Shown: piece by piece, positions 1 to 10,611 of the stretch
Layout: every line of letters begins with the position of its first letter
Numbering within the stretch: the first letter of the stretch is position 1
Assembly (NCBI RefSeq): GCF_988243305.1
Contig: NZ_OZ547136.1
Length of the DNA stretch: 64,000 nt
Strand: one strand, 5' to 3'
Program-made: the position numbers and the translations under genes
Notes under the pieces: model-generated
Seen by the model: only the letters and a program-made list of their open reading frames with translations
The model's database searches: none
Told to the model about the DNA's origin: nothing

Positions 1-1
1 C

Positions 2-1360
2 TTTATTGAGGGATTAAGCGGATACCGCGATTTCCGCCGCCGGGATGAGAAACCGATGCTCACCCGCTCCGCATGGCAGGAGGTTCTCGTTCAGGCCGGG
101 TTTGCAAACGAGCTGGCGTGGCCCGCGCAGGAATCGTCGCCGCTGCGCCAGCATCTGCTGGTAGCGCGTTCGCCTGGCGTAAATCGCCCGGATAAAAAAG
201 CCGTGAGCCGCTATTTACAGCAGCGCTTTGGCACCGGTCTGCCCATTTTACAGATCCGGCAAAGAGAAGCGTTATTTACGCCGCTGCATGCCCCGTCTGA
301 TGCGCCGACTGAGCCAGCCAAACCCACGCCAGTTGCCGGGGGGAATCCGGCACTGGAAAAACAGGTGGCTGAACTCTGGCAATCGCTGCTGTCTCGCCCC
401 GTGGCAAGGCATCACGACTTTTTCGAACTGGGCGGCGACAGCCTGATGGCGACAAGGATGGTCGCGCAGCTAAACCGGAGAGGGATTGCCAGGGCTAACC
501 TTCAGGATCTGTTCAGCCATTCGACGCTGAGCGACTTCTGCGCCCATCTACAGGCGGCTACGTCAGGAGAGGACAACCCGATACCCCTTTGCCAGGGCGA
601 CGGTGAGGAAACCCTGTTTGTCTTCCACGCTTCAGACGGCGATATCAGCGCCTGGCTGCCGCTCGCTAGCGCGTTGAACAGGCGCGTTTTCGGCCTGCAA
701 GCAAAATCGCCGCAGCGCCTTGCCACGCTCGACCAGATGATCGATGAGTATGTCGGGTGCATCCGTCGTCAGCAGCCTCACGGCCCTTATGTGCTGGCGG
801 GTTGGTCGTATGGCGCGTTTCTTGCGGCGGGCGCCGCACAACGCCTGTACGCCAAAGGCGAGCAGGTTCGGATGGTGTTAATCGATCCCGTGTGCCGACA
901 GGATTTCTGTTGCGAAAACCGGGCGGCCCTGCTGCGCCTGTTAGCCGAAGGACAAACGCCTCTGGCACTGCCCGAACATTTCGACCAGCAGACGCCCGAC
1001 AGCCAGCTTGCCGACTTTATCAGCCTCGCTAAAACGGCCGGTATGGTGTCGCAAAACCTGACGCTGCAAGCGGCAGAAACGTGGCTCGACAACATCGCGC
1101 ATCTGCTGCGTTTACTGACTGAGCATACGCCGGGCGAAAGCGTTCCGGTCCCCTGTCTCATGGTGTATGCCGCCGGGAGACCCGCGCACTGGACGCCAGC
1201 AGAAACCGAGTGGCAGGGCTGGATAAACAACGCCGACGACGCTGTGATTGAAGCCAGCCACTGGCAAATCATGATGGAAGCCCCCCACGTTCAGGCTTGT
1301 GCGCAACACATTACGCGCTGGCTTTGCGCAACCTCAACGCAACCGGAGAACACGTTATGA
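2..1360 (+). CDS. irp1: Yersiniabactin PKS/NRPS HMWP1, C-terminal part (5'-partial, frame open to window start)
   Basis: Frame open from nt 2; carrier-protein motif FFELGGDSLMATRMV and thioesterase GWSYGA; followed in canonical order by ybtU-ybtT-ybtE-fyuA. Confidence 0.8.
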   Translation, partial: FIEGLSGYRDFRRRDEKPMLTRSAWQEVLVQAGFANELAWPAQESSPLRQHLLVARSPGVNRPDKKAVSRYLQQRFGTGLPILQIRQREALFTPLHAPSDAPTEPAKPTPVAGGNPALEKQVAELWQSLLSRPVARHHDFFELGGDSLMATRMVAQLNRRGIARANLQDLFSHSTLSDFCAHLQAATSGEDNPIPLCQGDGEETLFVFHASDGDISAWLPLASALNRRVFGLQAKSPQRLATLDQMIDEYVGCIRRQQPHGPYVLAGWSYGAFLAAGAAQRLYAKGEQVRMVLIDPVCRQDFCCENRAALLRLLAEGQTPLALPEHFDQQTPDSQLADFISLAKTAGMVSQNLTLQAAETWLDNIAHLLRLLTEHTPGESVPVPCLMVYAAGRPAHWTPAETEWQGWINNADDAVIEASHWQIMMEAPHVQACAQHITRWLCATSTQPENTL

Positions 1361-2457
1361 TGCCGTCCGCCTCCCCAAAACAACGCGTACTGATTGTGGG
1401 CGCCAAATTTGGCGAAATGTACCTGAATGCCTTTATGCAGCCCCCGGAGGGGCTGGAACTGGTCGGCCTGCTGGCGCAGGGAAGCGCCCGTTCAAGAGAG
1501 CTGGCTCATGCGTTTGGCATTCCGCTGTATACCTCGCCGGAACAGATAACCAGGATGCCGGATATCGCCTGTATTGTCGTGCGTTCGACCGTCGCCGGAG
1601 GAACCGGTACGCAGCTTGCCAGACACTTTCTGACGCGCGGCGTACACGTCATTCAGGAGCATCCCCTCCACCCGGATGACATCAGTTCCTTACAAACGCT
1701 GGCGCAGGAACAGGGCTGCTGCTATTGGGTAAACACGTTTTATCCGCATACGCGCGCGGGACGCACATGGCTTCGCGATGCGCAGCAGCTGCGTCGCTGT
1801 CTGGCTAAGACGCCGCAGGTGGTCCACGCCACCACCAGCCGACAGTTGCTCTACTCCACTCTGGATTTGTTGTTGCTGGCTCTGGGCGTTGATGCCGTCG
1901 CCGTGGAGTGCGACGTGGTTGGCAGCTTTAGCGATTTTCACTGTCTGAGACTCTTCTGGCCGGAGGGAGAAGCCTGCCTGCTGCTTCAGCGCTATCTCGA
2001 TCCTGACGATCCAGATATGCATAGCCTTATCATGCACCGCCTGCTGCTGGGCTGGCCGGAAGGTCATCTTTCGCTGGAGGCGAGCTACGGCCCCGTCATC
2101 TGGTCATCCAGCCTGTTTGTCGCAGACCATCAGGAGAACGCCCACAGCCTCTACCGCAGACCGGAGATCCTGCGCGATCTGCCGGGTCTGACGCGCAGCG
2201 CGGCGCCCCTGAGCTGGCGCGACTGCTGCGAAACCGTCGGGCCGGAGGGCGTCAGCTGGTTGCTACACCAGTTGCGCAGCCATCTGGCGGGCGAACATCC
2301 ACCAGCGGCCTGCCAAAGCGTACATCAGATCGCGTTATCACGTTTATGGCAGCAGATTTTACGTAAGACCGGCAATGCGGAGATCAGACGCCTGACGCCG
2401 CCGCACCACGACCGGTTAGCCGGTTTCTACAACGATGATGATAAGGAGGCGCTGTGA
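1357..2457 (+). CDS. ybtU: Yersiniabactin thiazolinyl imide reductase YbtU (366 aa)
   Basis: ATG at 1357 overlaps irp1 stop (ATGA); Rossmann-like N-terminus RVLIVGAKFG; position in ybt operon. Track ORF starts 60 nt earlier. Confidence 0.8.
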   Translation: MMPSASPKQRVLIVGAKFGEMYLNAFMQPPEGLELVGLLAQGSARSRELAHAFGIPLYTSPEQITRMPDIACIVVRSTVAGGTGTQLARHFLTRGVHVIQEHPLHPDDISSLQTLAQEQGCCYWVNTFYPHTRAGRTWLRDAQQLRRCLAKTPQVVHATTSRQLLYSTLDLLLLALGVDAVAVECDVVGSFSDFHCLRLFWPEGEACLLLQRYLDPDDPDMHSLIMHRLLLGWPEGHLSLEASYGPVIWSSSLFVADHQENAHSLYRRPEILRDLPGLTRSAAPLSWRDCCETVGPEGVSWLLHQLRSHLAGEHPPAACQSVHQIALSRLWQQILRKTGNAEIRRLTPPHHDRLAGFYNDDDKEAL

Positions 2458-3257
2458 CGCAATCTGCAATGTGCATACCGCTGTGGCCCGCCCGGAACGG
2501 CAATACTGCGCATCTGGTCATGTGCCCTTTCGCTGGCGGCAGCAGTAGCGCGTTTCGCCACTGGCAAGCTGAGCAACTGGCTGATTGCGCGCTTTCTCTG
2601 GTGACCTGGCCGGGGCGCGATCGCCTTCGCCATCTGGAACCGCTCAGAAGCATTACACAACTGGCGGCACTGCTGGCGAACGAGCTGGAAGCATCCGTAT
2701 CGCCTGACACGCCGCTTTTACTCGCCGGGCACAGCATGGGGGCGCAGGTGGCGTTTGAAACCTGCCGACTTCTGGAGCAACGGGGGCTTGCGCCACAAGG
2801 ACTGATTATTTCCGGGTGCCATGCCCCGCATCTGCATTCTGAACGCCAGCTCAGCCATCGCGATGATGCCGACTTTATCGCTGAGCTGATAGACATTGGC
2901 GGATGTTCTCCTGAACTGCGGGAAAACCAGGAATTAATGTCGCTGTTTCTTCCTCTTCTGCGCGCTGATTTTTACGCCACCGAGAGCTATCACTACGACT
3001 CGCCCGACGTCTGTCCGCCGCTGCGCACGCCTGCGCTGTTATTGTGCGGCAGCCACGATCGCGAAGCCTCCTGGCAGCAGGTCGATGCCTGGCGTCAGTG
3101 GCTGAGCCACGTTACAGGCCCGGTGGTGATTGACGGCGATCATTTCTATCCCATTCAACAAGCCCGGTCCTTTTTTACGCAGATTGTCCGCCATTTTCCC
3201 CACGCATTTTCTGCAATGACCGCGTTGCAAAAACAGCCCAGTACTTCAGAAAGGTGA
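2454..3257 (+). CDS. ybtT: Yersiniabactin type II thioesterase YbtT (267 aa)
   Basis: GTG start overlapping ybtU stop; GHSMG serine-hydrolase motif; operon position. Confidence 0.8.
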   Translation: MTQSAMCIPLWPARNGNTAHLVMCPFAGGSSSAFRHWQAEQLADCALSLVTWPGRDRLRHLEPLRSITQLAALLANELEASVSPDTPLLLAGHSMGAQVAFETCRLLEQRGLAPQGLIISGCHAPHLHSERQLSHRDDADFIAELIDIGGCSPELRENQELMSLFLPLLRADFYATESYHYDSPDVCPPLRTPALLLCGSHDREASWQQVDAWRQWLSHVTGPVVIDGDHFYPIQQARSFFTQIVRHFPHAFSAMTALQKQPSTSER

Positions 3258-3260
3258 CGC

Positions 3261-4838
3261 ATGAATTCTTCCTTTGAATCTCTGATTGAACAGTATCCCT
3301 TACCCATTGCCGAACAGTTGCGCCACTGGGCGGCCCGTTATGCCTCGCGAATTGCCGTCGTTGATGCAAAGGGGTCGTTAACCTACAGCGCGCTTGATGC
3401 ACAAGTTGACGAACTTGCCGCAGGTCTGTCATCACTGGGTTTGCGTTCGGGGGAGCATGTAATTGTGCAGCTTCCCAACGACAATGCGTTTGTTACCCTG
3501 CTGTTCGCCTTGTTAAGACTGGGTGTTATCCCCGTGCTGGCGATGCCCTCGCAACGGGCGCTGGATATCGACGCGCTGATTGAGCTGGCGCAACCCGTCG
3601 CTTACGTTATTCACGGGGAAAACCACGCAGAGCTGGCCCGACAGATGGCGCACAAACACGCCTGCTTGCGTCATGTTCTGGTCGCTGGAGAGACCGTGAG
3701 CGACGATTTTACGCCGCTCTTCTCCCTTCACGGTGAGCGACAGGCATGGCCGCAGCCTGATGTTTCCGCCACCGCGTTGTTGTTGCTCTCAGGCGGCACA
3801 ACCGGCACGCCCAAACTCATCCCGCGCCGACATGCCGACTATAGCTATAACTTCAGCGCTTCTGCTGAACTGTGCGGCATCAGCCAACAGAGCGTGTATC
3901 TCGCCGTCCTCCCGGTGGCGCATAACTTTCCGCTGGCCTGCCCCGGTATTCTGGGAACGCTTGCCTGCGGCGGAAAAGTGGTGCTGACCGACAGCGCCAG
4001 CTGTGATGAGGTGATGCCTTTAATCGCGCAGGAAAGAGTGACTCACGTCGCCCTGGTTCCGGCGCTGGCGCAATTATGGGTGCAGGCCAGGGAGTGGGAA
4101 GACAGCGACCTTTCGTCGCTGCGCGTCATTCAGGCAGGCGGCGCCCGGCTCGACCCGACGCTTGCTGAGCAGGTTATCGCCACCTTTGACTGTACCCTGC
4201 AACAGGTTTTCGGTATGGCGGAAGGCCTGCTCTGTTTTACCCGGCTGGACGATCCGCATGCCACCATTCTCCACAGCCAGGGGCGCCCGTTGTCCCCTCT
4301 GGATGAAATCCGCATCGTTGATCAAGACGAGAACGACGTCGCGCCGGGCGAAACCGGGCAATTGTTAACGCGCGGCCCTTATACCATTTCGGGCTATTAC
4401 CGCGCCCCTGCCCACAACGCGCAGGCCTTTACCGCGCAAGGGTTTTACCGCACAGGCGACAATGTCAGGCTGGATGAGGTGGGGAACCTGCACGTTGAGG
4501 GACGCATAAAAGAGCAGATCAACCGCGCCGGAGAAAAAATAGCCGCGGCTGAAGTGGAATCGGCACTGCTGCGTTTAGCGGAAGTGCAAGATTGCGCGGT
4601 GGTCGCCGCGCCGGACACGCTGCTTGGCGAGCGGATTTGCGCGTTTATCATCGCGCAGCAGGTGCCAACTGACTATCAGCAGTTGCGTCAACAACTGACC
4701 CGTATGGGGCTCAGCGCGTGGAAAATTCCTGACCAAATCGAGTTTCTGGACCACTGGCCGCTCACCGCCGTCGGCAAGATAGACAAAAAACGCCTGACGG
4801 CTCTCGCCGTCGACCGTTATCGCCATTCTGCCCAATAA
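3261..4838 (+). CDS. ybtE: Salicyl-AMP ligase YbtE (525 aa)
   Basis: Adenylate-forming enzyme motifs (LLLSGGTTGTPKLIP, YRTGD, GKIDKK); operon position. Confidence 0.85.
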   Translation: MNSSFESLIEQYPLPIAEQLRHWAARYASRIAVVDAKGSLTYSALDAQVDELAAGLSSLGLRSGEHVIVQLPNDNAFVTLLFALLRLGVIPVLAMPSQRALDIDALIELAQPVAYVIHGENHAELARQMAHKHACLRHVLVAGETVSDDFTPLFSLHGERQAWPQPDVSATALLLLSGGTTGTPKLIPRRHADYSYNFSASAELCGISQQSVYLAVLPVAHNFPLACPGILGTLACGGKVVLTDSASCDEVMPLIAQERVTHVALVPALAQLWVQAREWEDSDLSSLRVIQAGGARLDPTLAEQVIATFDCTLQQVFGMAEGLLCFTRLDDPHATILHSQGRPLSPLDEIRIVDQDENDVAPGETGQLLTRGPYTISGYYRAPAHNAQAFTAQGFYRTGDNVRLDEVGNLHVEGRIKEQINRAGEKIAAAEVESALLRLAEVQDCAVVAAPDTLLGERICAFIIAQQVPTDYQQLRQQLTRMGLSAWKIPDQIEFLDHWPLTAVGKIDKKRLTALAVDRYRHSAQ

Positions 4839-4847
4839 GCGCAAACC

Positions 4848-4883
4848 GACCCGAAACAGGTTGAAATAAACCCGTTTCGGGTA
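4848..4883. promoter_or_regulatory. Inverted repeat GACCCGAAAC-N-GTTTCGGGT between ybtE and fyuA; candidate YbtA-binding repeat or ybtE terminator
   Basis: Perfect 9-10 bp inverted repeat read directly; assignment to YbtA is inference from known AraC-type regulation of fyuA. Confidence 0.3.
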
Positions 4884-4894
4884 GCACTACTATT

Positions 4895-4915
4895 AGAAAT
4901 AGTTATCATTTTCAA
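4895..4915 (+). promoter_or_regulatory. Candidate Fur box upstream of fyuA
   Basis: AAATAGTTATCATTTTCAA resembles the Fur consensus GATAATGATAATCATTATC; fyuA is iron-regulated. Confidence 0.35.
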
Positions 4916-4968
4916 TTCACCATTGTCGGTATTTTTGGCGTTTCGCCGTCTTACAGGGACTCACAACA

Positions 4969-6990
4969 ATGAAAATGACACGGCTTTATCCTCTGGCCTT
5001 GGGGGGATTATTGCTCCCCGCCATTGCTAATGCCCAGACTTCACAGCAAGACGAAAGCACGCTGGTGGTTACCGCCAGTAAACAATCTTCCCGCTCGGCA
5101 TCAGCCAACAACGTCTCGTCTACTGTTGTCAGCGCGCCGGAATTAAGCGACGCCGGCGTCACCGCCAGCGACAAACTCCCCAGAGTCTTGCCCGGGCTCA
5201 ATATTGAAAATAGCGGCAACATGCTTTTTTCGACGATCTCGCTACGCGGCGTCTCTTCAGCGCAGGACTTCTATAACCCCGCCGTCACCCTGTATGTCGA
5301 TGGCGTCCCTCAGCTTTCCACCAACACCATCCAGGCGCTTACCGATGTGCAAAGCGTGGAGTTGCTGCGAGGCCCACAGGGAACGTTATATGGCAAAAGC
5401 GCTCAGGGCGGGATCATCAACATCGTCACCCAGCAGCCGGACAGCACGCCGCGCGGCTATATTGAAGGCGGCGTCAGTAGCCGCGACAGTTATCGAAGTA
5501 AGTTCAACCTGAGCGGCCCCATTCAGGATGGCCTGCTGTACGGCAGCGTCACCCTGTTACGCCAGGTTGATGACGGCGACATGATTAACCCCGCGACGGG
5601 AAGCGATGACTTAGGCGGCACCCGCGCCAGCATAGGGAATGTGAAACTGCGTCTGGCGCCGGACGATCAGCCCTGGGAAATGGGCTTTGCCGCCTCACGC
5701 GAATGTACCCGCGCCACCCAGGACGCCTATGTGGGATGGAATGATATTAAGGGCCGTAAGCTGTCGATCAGCGATGGTTCACCAGACCCGTACATGCGGC
5801 GCTGCACTGACAGCCAGACCCTGAGTGGGAAATACACCACCGATGACTGGGTTTTCAACCTGATCAGCGCCTGGCAGCAGCAGCATTATTCGCGCACCTT
5901 CCCTTCCGGTTCGTTAATCGTCAATATGCCTCAGCGCTGGAATCAGGATGTGCAGGAGCTGCGCGCCGCAACCCTGGGCGATGCGCGTACCGTTGATATG
6001 GTGTTTGGGCTGTACCGGCAGAACACCCGCGAGAAGTTAAATTCAGCCTACGACATGCCGACAATGCCTTATTTAAGCAGTACCGGCTATACCACCGCTG
6101 AAACGCTGGCCGCATACAGTGACCTGACCTGGCATTTAACCGATCGTTTTGATATCGGCGGCGGCGTGCGCTTCTCGCATGATAAATCCAGTACACAATA
6201 TCACGGCAGCATGCTCGGCAACCCGTTTGGCGACCAGGGTAAGAGCAATGACGATCAGGTGCTCGGGCAGCTATCCGCAGGCTATATGCTGACCGATGAC
6301 TGGAGAGTGTATACCCGTGTAGCCCAGGGATATAAACCTTCCGGGTACAACATCGTGCCTACTGCGGGTCTTGATGCCAAACCGTTCGTCGCCGAGAAAT
6401 CCATCAACTATGAACTTGGCACCCGCTACGAAACCGCTGACGTCACGCTGCAAGCCGCGACGTTTTATACCCACACCAAAGACATGCAGCTTTACTCTGG
6501 CCCGGTCGAGATGCAGACATTAAGCAATGCGGGTAAAGCCGACGCCACCGGCGTTGAGCTTGAAGCGAAGTGGCGGTTTGCGCCAGGCTGGTCATGGGAT
6601 ATCAATGGCAACGTGATCCGTTCCGAATTCACCAATGACAGTGAGTTGTATCACGGTAACCGGGTGCCGTTCGTACCACGTTATGGCGCGGGAAGCAGCG
6701 TGAACGGCGTGATTGATACGCGCTATGGCGCACTGATGCCCCGACTGGCGGTTAATCTGGTCGGGCCGCATTATTTCGATGGCGACAACCAGTTGCGGCA
6801 AGGCACCTATGCCACCCTGGACAGCAGCCTGGGCTGGCAGGCGACTGAACGGATGAACATTTCCGTCTATGTCGATAACCTGTTCGACCGTCGTTACCGT
6901 ACCTATGGCTACATGAACGGCAGCAGCGCCGTCGCGCAGGTCAATATGGGTCGCACCGTCGGTATCAATACGCGAATTGATTTCTTCTGA
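4969..6990 (+). CDS. fyuA: TonB-dependent yersiniabactin/pesticin outer-membrane receptor FyuA (673 aa)
   Basis: Signal peptide, TonB-box region and C-terminal beta-barrel ending in aromatic residue F; 673 aa as expected. Confidence 0.9.
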   Translation: MKMTRLYPLALGGLLLPAIANAQTSQQDESTLVVTASKQSSRSASANNVSSTVVSAPELSDAGVTASDKLPRVLPGLNIENSGNMLFSTISLRGVSSAQDFYNPAVTLYVDGVPQLSTNTIQALTDVQSVELLRGPQGTLYGKSAQGGIINIVTQQPDSTPRGYIEGGVSSRDSYRSKFNLSGPIQDGLLYGSVTLLRQVDDGDMINPATGSDDLGGTRASIGNVKLRLAPDDQPWEMGFAASRECTRATQDAYVGWNDIKGRKLSISDGSPDPYMRRCTDSQTLSGKYTTDDWVFNLISAWQQQHYSRTFPSGSLIVNMPQRWNQDVQELRAATLGDARTVDMVFGLYRQNTREKLNSAYDMPTMPYLSSTGYTTAETLAAYSDLTWHLTDRFDIGGGVRFSHDKSSTQYHGSMLGNPFGDQGKSNDDQVLGQLSAGYMLTDDWRVYTRVAQGYKPSGYNIVPTAGLDAKPFVAEKSINYELGTRYETADVTLQAATFYTHTKDMQLYSGPVEMQTLSNAGKADATGVELEAKWRFAPGWSWDINGNVIRSEFTNDSELYHGNRVPFVPRYGAGSSVNGVIDTRYGALMPRLAVNLVGPHYFDGDNQLRQGTYATLDSSLGWQATERMNISVYVDNLFDRRYRTYGYMNGSSAVAQVNMGRTVGINTRIDFF

Positions 6991-6996
6991 TTATTG

Positions 6997-7027
6997 TAAA
7001 AGGGATACCGAAAAGGTATCCCTTTTA
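6997..7027 (+). terminator. Rho-independent terminator after fyuA
   Basis: AAAAGGGATACC-GAAA-AGGTATCCCTTTT hairpin directly after the stop codon. Confidence 0.6.
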
Positions 7028-7775
7028 CACCACTAGTTAAAACCAGTAACTCAGCAGAGTCGCAAAAAATATTAATCCATAGTGATTATTTAAACAATGA
7101 AATTGCGATTAGGATAAATAGATTTAACTTTCTCGTTCCTTTCTCTCCTTATACTAAAGAAATAATCATATCAAAATAAAAATTCACAACAGTGCAACAT
7201 TAAAAAATACAACCAACAAACAATCCTATATACAAGGCACATCTCCAGAATATAAAAGCACAGACAAACAACCTAAAAAAAACAACCCCATACATATAAA
7301 TTATTTTATAGGTAAAATAGATTATATATTCTCATAGCTACCACAAACTATACTAGCCTGAACTATATTTATTCTGCTGCAATCAATGCATACATAACAC
7401 AAATATCACTCAGGTACACTACTCAAACCACGCTGGGATTTTTCCTCAAGTTATAATCATCACCCCGAAAATCATTCGGCATTTACTCATTAAATAGTCA
7501 CCCCATAGGCCTGTACATGTTTACTCAGAAATATACATCCTTTTCTCTGTCATAAACCCTCTAATTAATCATAAATAAATACTTGTGACACCAATCTTTT
7601 TCCTTAACGGAACGAATTGTTGTGTAGAAGGAGATAATATTATGTCAAAAAAAATATCAGCCATTGCTTATAACTCATTATATGTCAACATGGGTCACTA
7701 TAACGGAAGCAGTTGAGATCACTACCAAAGCCATAAAACAAAAAAATTACTCCTAGCGATATTTATCGTCATGCC

Positions 7776-10484
7776 TTGAGTGGCAACATCCTACTATCGG
7801 TCTATTTCCAGTCTCCTGTGATACTTAAGAAGATACAAACTTTTAATGGAAAAATAAAATTCAGGCAGTTTGTGGGAGACCTACTTGATAAACTATGCAT
7901 GCTTGACAGGGACGGTTTTATTTATGGTCAAAATTTAAGACTCTGTACAGAAGCTAGATATATTTGTCCTGTGCAACAAATTATAGATACCCCCCTGTTA
8001 CGCAAACTCAACCAGTTTCGTACGTTTGTTCGTAATGTCCGCCCGGGTGATGAACTGGATGTCCCGGCACAAGTTAGTGAAAAAAATTTAACCCCGCCGC
8101 CGGGTAACAGCAGTGGCAACCTTGAGCAACAGATAGCCAGTACTTCACAGCTAATTGGATCTCTGCTCGCCGAAGATATGAACAGCGAGCAAGCGGCAAA
8201 CATAGCACGTGGATGGGCCTCTTCTCAGGCTTCAGGGGTAATGACAGACTGGTTAAGCCGCTTCGGTACCGCAAGAATCACGCTGGGCGTGGATGAAGAT
8301 TTCAGCCTGAAGAACTCCCGTGACGGCAACCCTCGAAAATGGCGATTCGATGCAACAAACAGTGAACTATGTGCCGAACGTCACGAATGCTGAAATCACG
8401 CTGGCAGCCTCGAAGGACCCGGTGATTGCCGACAATAACGATCTCACGACACTAACAGCACCGTCGCTGATACAGAGGGCAATGCGATAGCCAACACTGA
8501 GGTAACATTTACTCTACCGGAAGATGTGAAGGCGAACTTCACGCTGAGCGATGGCGACAAAGCGGTTACTGATGCCGATGGCAAAGCGAAAGTCACGCTG
8601 AAAGGTACAAAAGCAGGCGCTCATACCGTGACAGCATCGATGGTTGGCGGTAAGAGTGAGCAGTTGGTGGTGAACTTTACTGCGGATACGCTCACTACGC
8701 AGGTTAATCTTAACGTTACCGAGGACAATTTCATCGCCAATAACATTGGAATGACCAGGCTACAGGCAACAGTGACTGATGGAAACGGCAACCCAGTAGA
8801 AGGTATAAAAGTTAATTTCCGTGGAACCTCCGTCACGCTAAGCAGCACCAGCGTTGAAACGGATGATCAGGTTTTCGCTGAAATTCTTGTGACAAGCACC
8901 GAGGTCGGACTAAAAACAGTTTCAGCCTCTCTGGCAGATAAACCTACTGAAGTCATCTCGCGATTACTGAATGCCAAGGTAGATGTTAATTCTGCGACGA
9001 TTACCAGTCAGGAGATACCTGAAGGTCAGGTCATGGTCGCACAAGACATAGCAGTTAAAGCTCACGTTAACGACCAGTTTGGCAACCCGGTGACGCATCA
9101 ACCCGCGACATTCAGTGCAGCGCCATCCTCGCAAATGATCATCAGCCAGAATACGGTCTCTACTAATACGCAGGGAGTAGCCGAGGTCACCATGACGCCT
9201 GAAAGAAACGGCTCGTATACTGTAAAAGCATCCCTAGCGAATGGAGCTTCACTTGAGAAACAACTGGAGGCTATTGATGAAAAACTGACACTCACGTCCA
9301 GTCCGCTTATCGGTGTCAATGCTCCTAAAGGCGCTACTCTGACGGCAATGCTAACCTCTGCAAATGGCACTCCAGTGGAGGGTCAGGTCATCAACTTTAG
9401 CGTAACGCTAGAAGGTGCGACGTTAAGTGGCGGAAAAGTGAGAACCAACTCTTCAGGTCAGGCTCCAGTCGTTCTGACCAGCAATAAAGTCGGTACATAT
9501 ACGGTGACTGCATCGTTCCATAACGGCGTCACAATACAGACACAGACAACCGTGAAGGTTACTGGCAACCCAAGCACCGCACATGTTGCTAGCTTTATCG
9601 CTGAACCGTCGACTATCGCCGCCACCAACAGTGATTTAAGTACCTTAAAGGCAACGGTTGAGGATGGCAGTGGTAACCTGATCGAAGGTCTCACTGTGTA
9701 CTTCGCCTTAAAAAACGGCTCCACCACATTAACGTCATTAACAGCGGTGACCGATCAAAACGGAATCGCGACAACAAGCGTGAAAGGAGCGATAACGGGG
9801 AGCGTCACTGTAAGCACAGTCACAAGCGCAGGTGGAATGCAAACAGTAGATATATCGCTAGTGGCAGGCCCAGCAGACGCCTCGCAGTCCATCCTTAAGA
9901 ACAACCAGTCATCACTGAAAGGGGACTTTACCGATAGTGCTGAGCTACATCTTGTTCTGCACGATATATCAGGCAATCCGATCAAAGTTTCTGAAGGGAT
10001 GGAATTTGTGCAATCAGGTACAAACGTGCCCTATATGAAAATTAGCGCAATTGATTACACTCAAAATATCAACGGTGATTACAAAGCTACTGTTACAGGA
10101 GACGGAGAGGGTATCGCAACGCTGATCCCCGTATTGAATGGTGTTCATCAGGCGGGCCTGAGTACCACGATAGAATTCATTAGCGCGGAAACCAGACCAA
10201 TGACGGGTACAGTGTCAGTGAATAGTGCAAACCTACCGACAGCTTCATTCCCTTCGCAGGGATTTACCGGGGCGTATTATCAGTTGAATAATGACAACTT
10301 TGCACCAGGAAAAACGGCGGCTGATTATTCGTTTTCAAGCTCGGCCTCCTGGGTAGGCGTTGATGCTACTGGTAAAGTGACATTCAAAAATGACGGTGAT
10401 AGCAATACAGTAATAATCACAGCGCCCCCAAGATCCGGTGGTGCTATTTACCAAACAGTTCCTCCTGAATCGCGTTCGGTGTGA
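7776..10484 (+). pseudogene. yeeJ: Decayed inverse-autotransporter adhesin gene (yeeJ-like): N-terminal segment fused by a large internal deletion to C-terminal Big-domain repeats, with frameshift and premature stop
   Basis: ORF 7776-8393 has the LysM-linker/beta-domain start (LRKLNQFRTF...DELDVPAQVSEK...ARITLGVDEDFSLKNS); alternate frame at 8355-8460 continues as Big-repeat sequence (MQQTVNYVPNVTNAEITLAASKDP); one-base frameshift near 8459; ORF 8526-10484 is Big-repeat-rich and ends early. Total ~2.7 kb versus ~7 kb for the intact gene. Confidence 0.65.
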
Positions 10485-10611
10485 CTATGATCATTTTCGG
10501 TGAGTATTGCTTTGATCCAAAGGCTGGTTTTCTGTGATGATTGACCAGCCTCAGAGTATTGATGACACCACCGTTCATAACAGATCGGCATTACTATGCA
10601 TAAGTACTGCC

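Noticed and set aside
228-2896. Overlapping and antisense ORFs within irp1/ybtU/ybtT (e.g. 666-968, 787-1272, 1690-2067, 2384-2896)
   Set aside because: High-GC coding DNA of the ybt operon; these conflict with well-supported same-strand genes and lack start context.
4848-4915. Assigning the fyuA upstream repeat and AT-rich motif definitively to YbtA and Fur
   Set aside because: Motif similarity is only partial by eye; kept as low-confidence features rather than asserted, since position-weight-matrix scoring was not possible.
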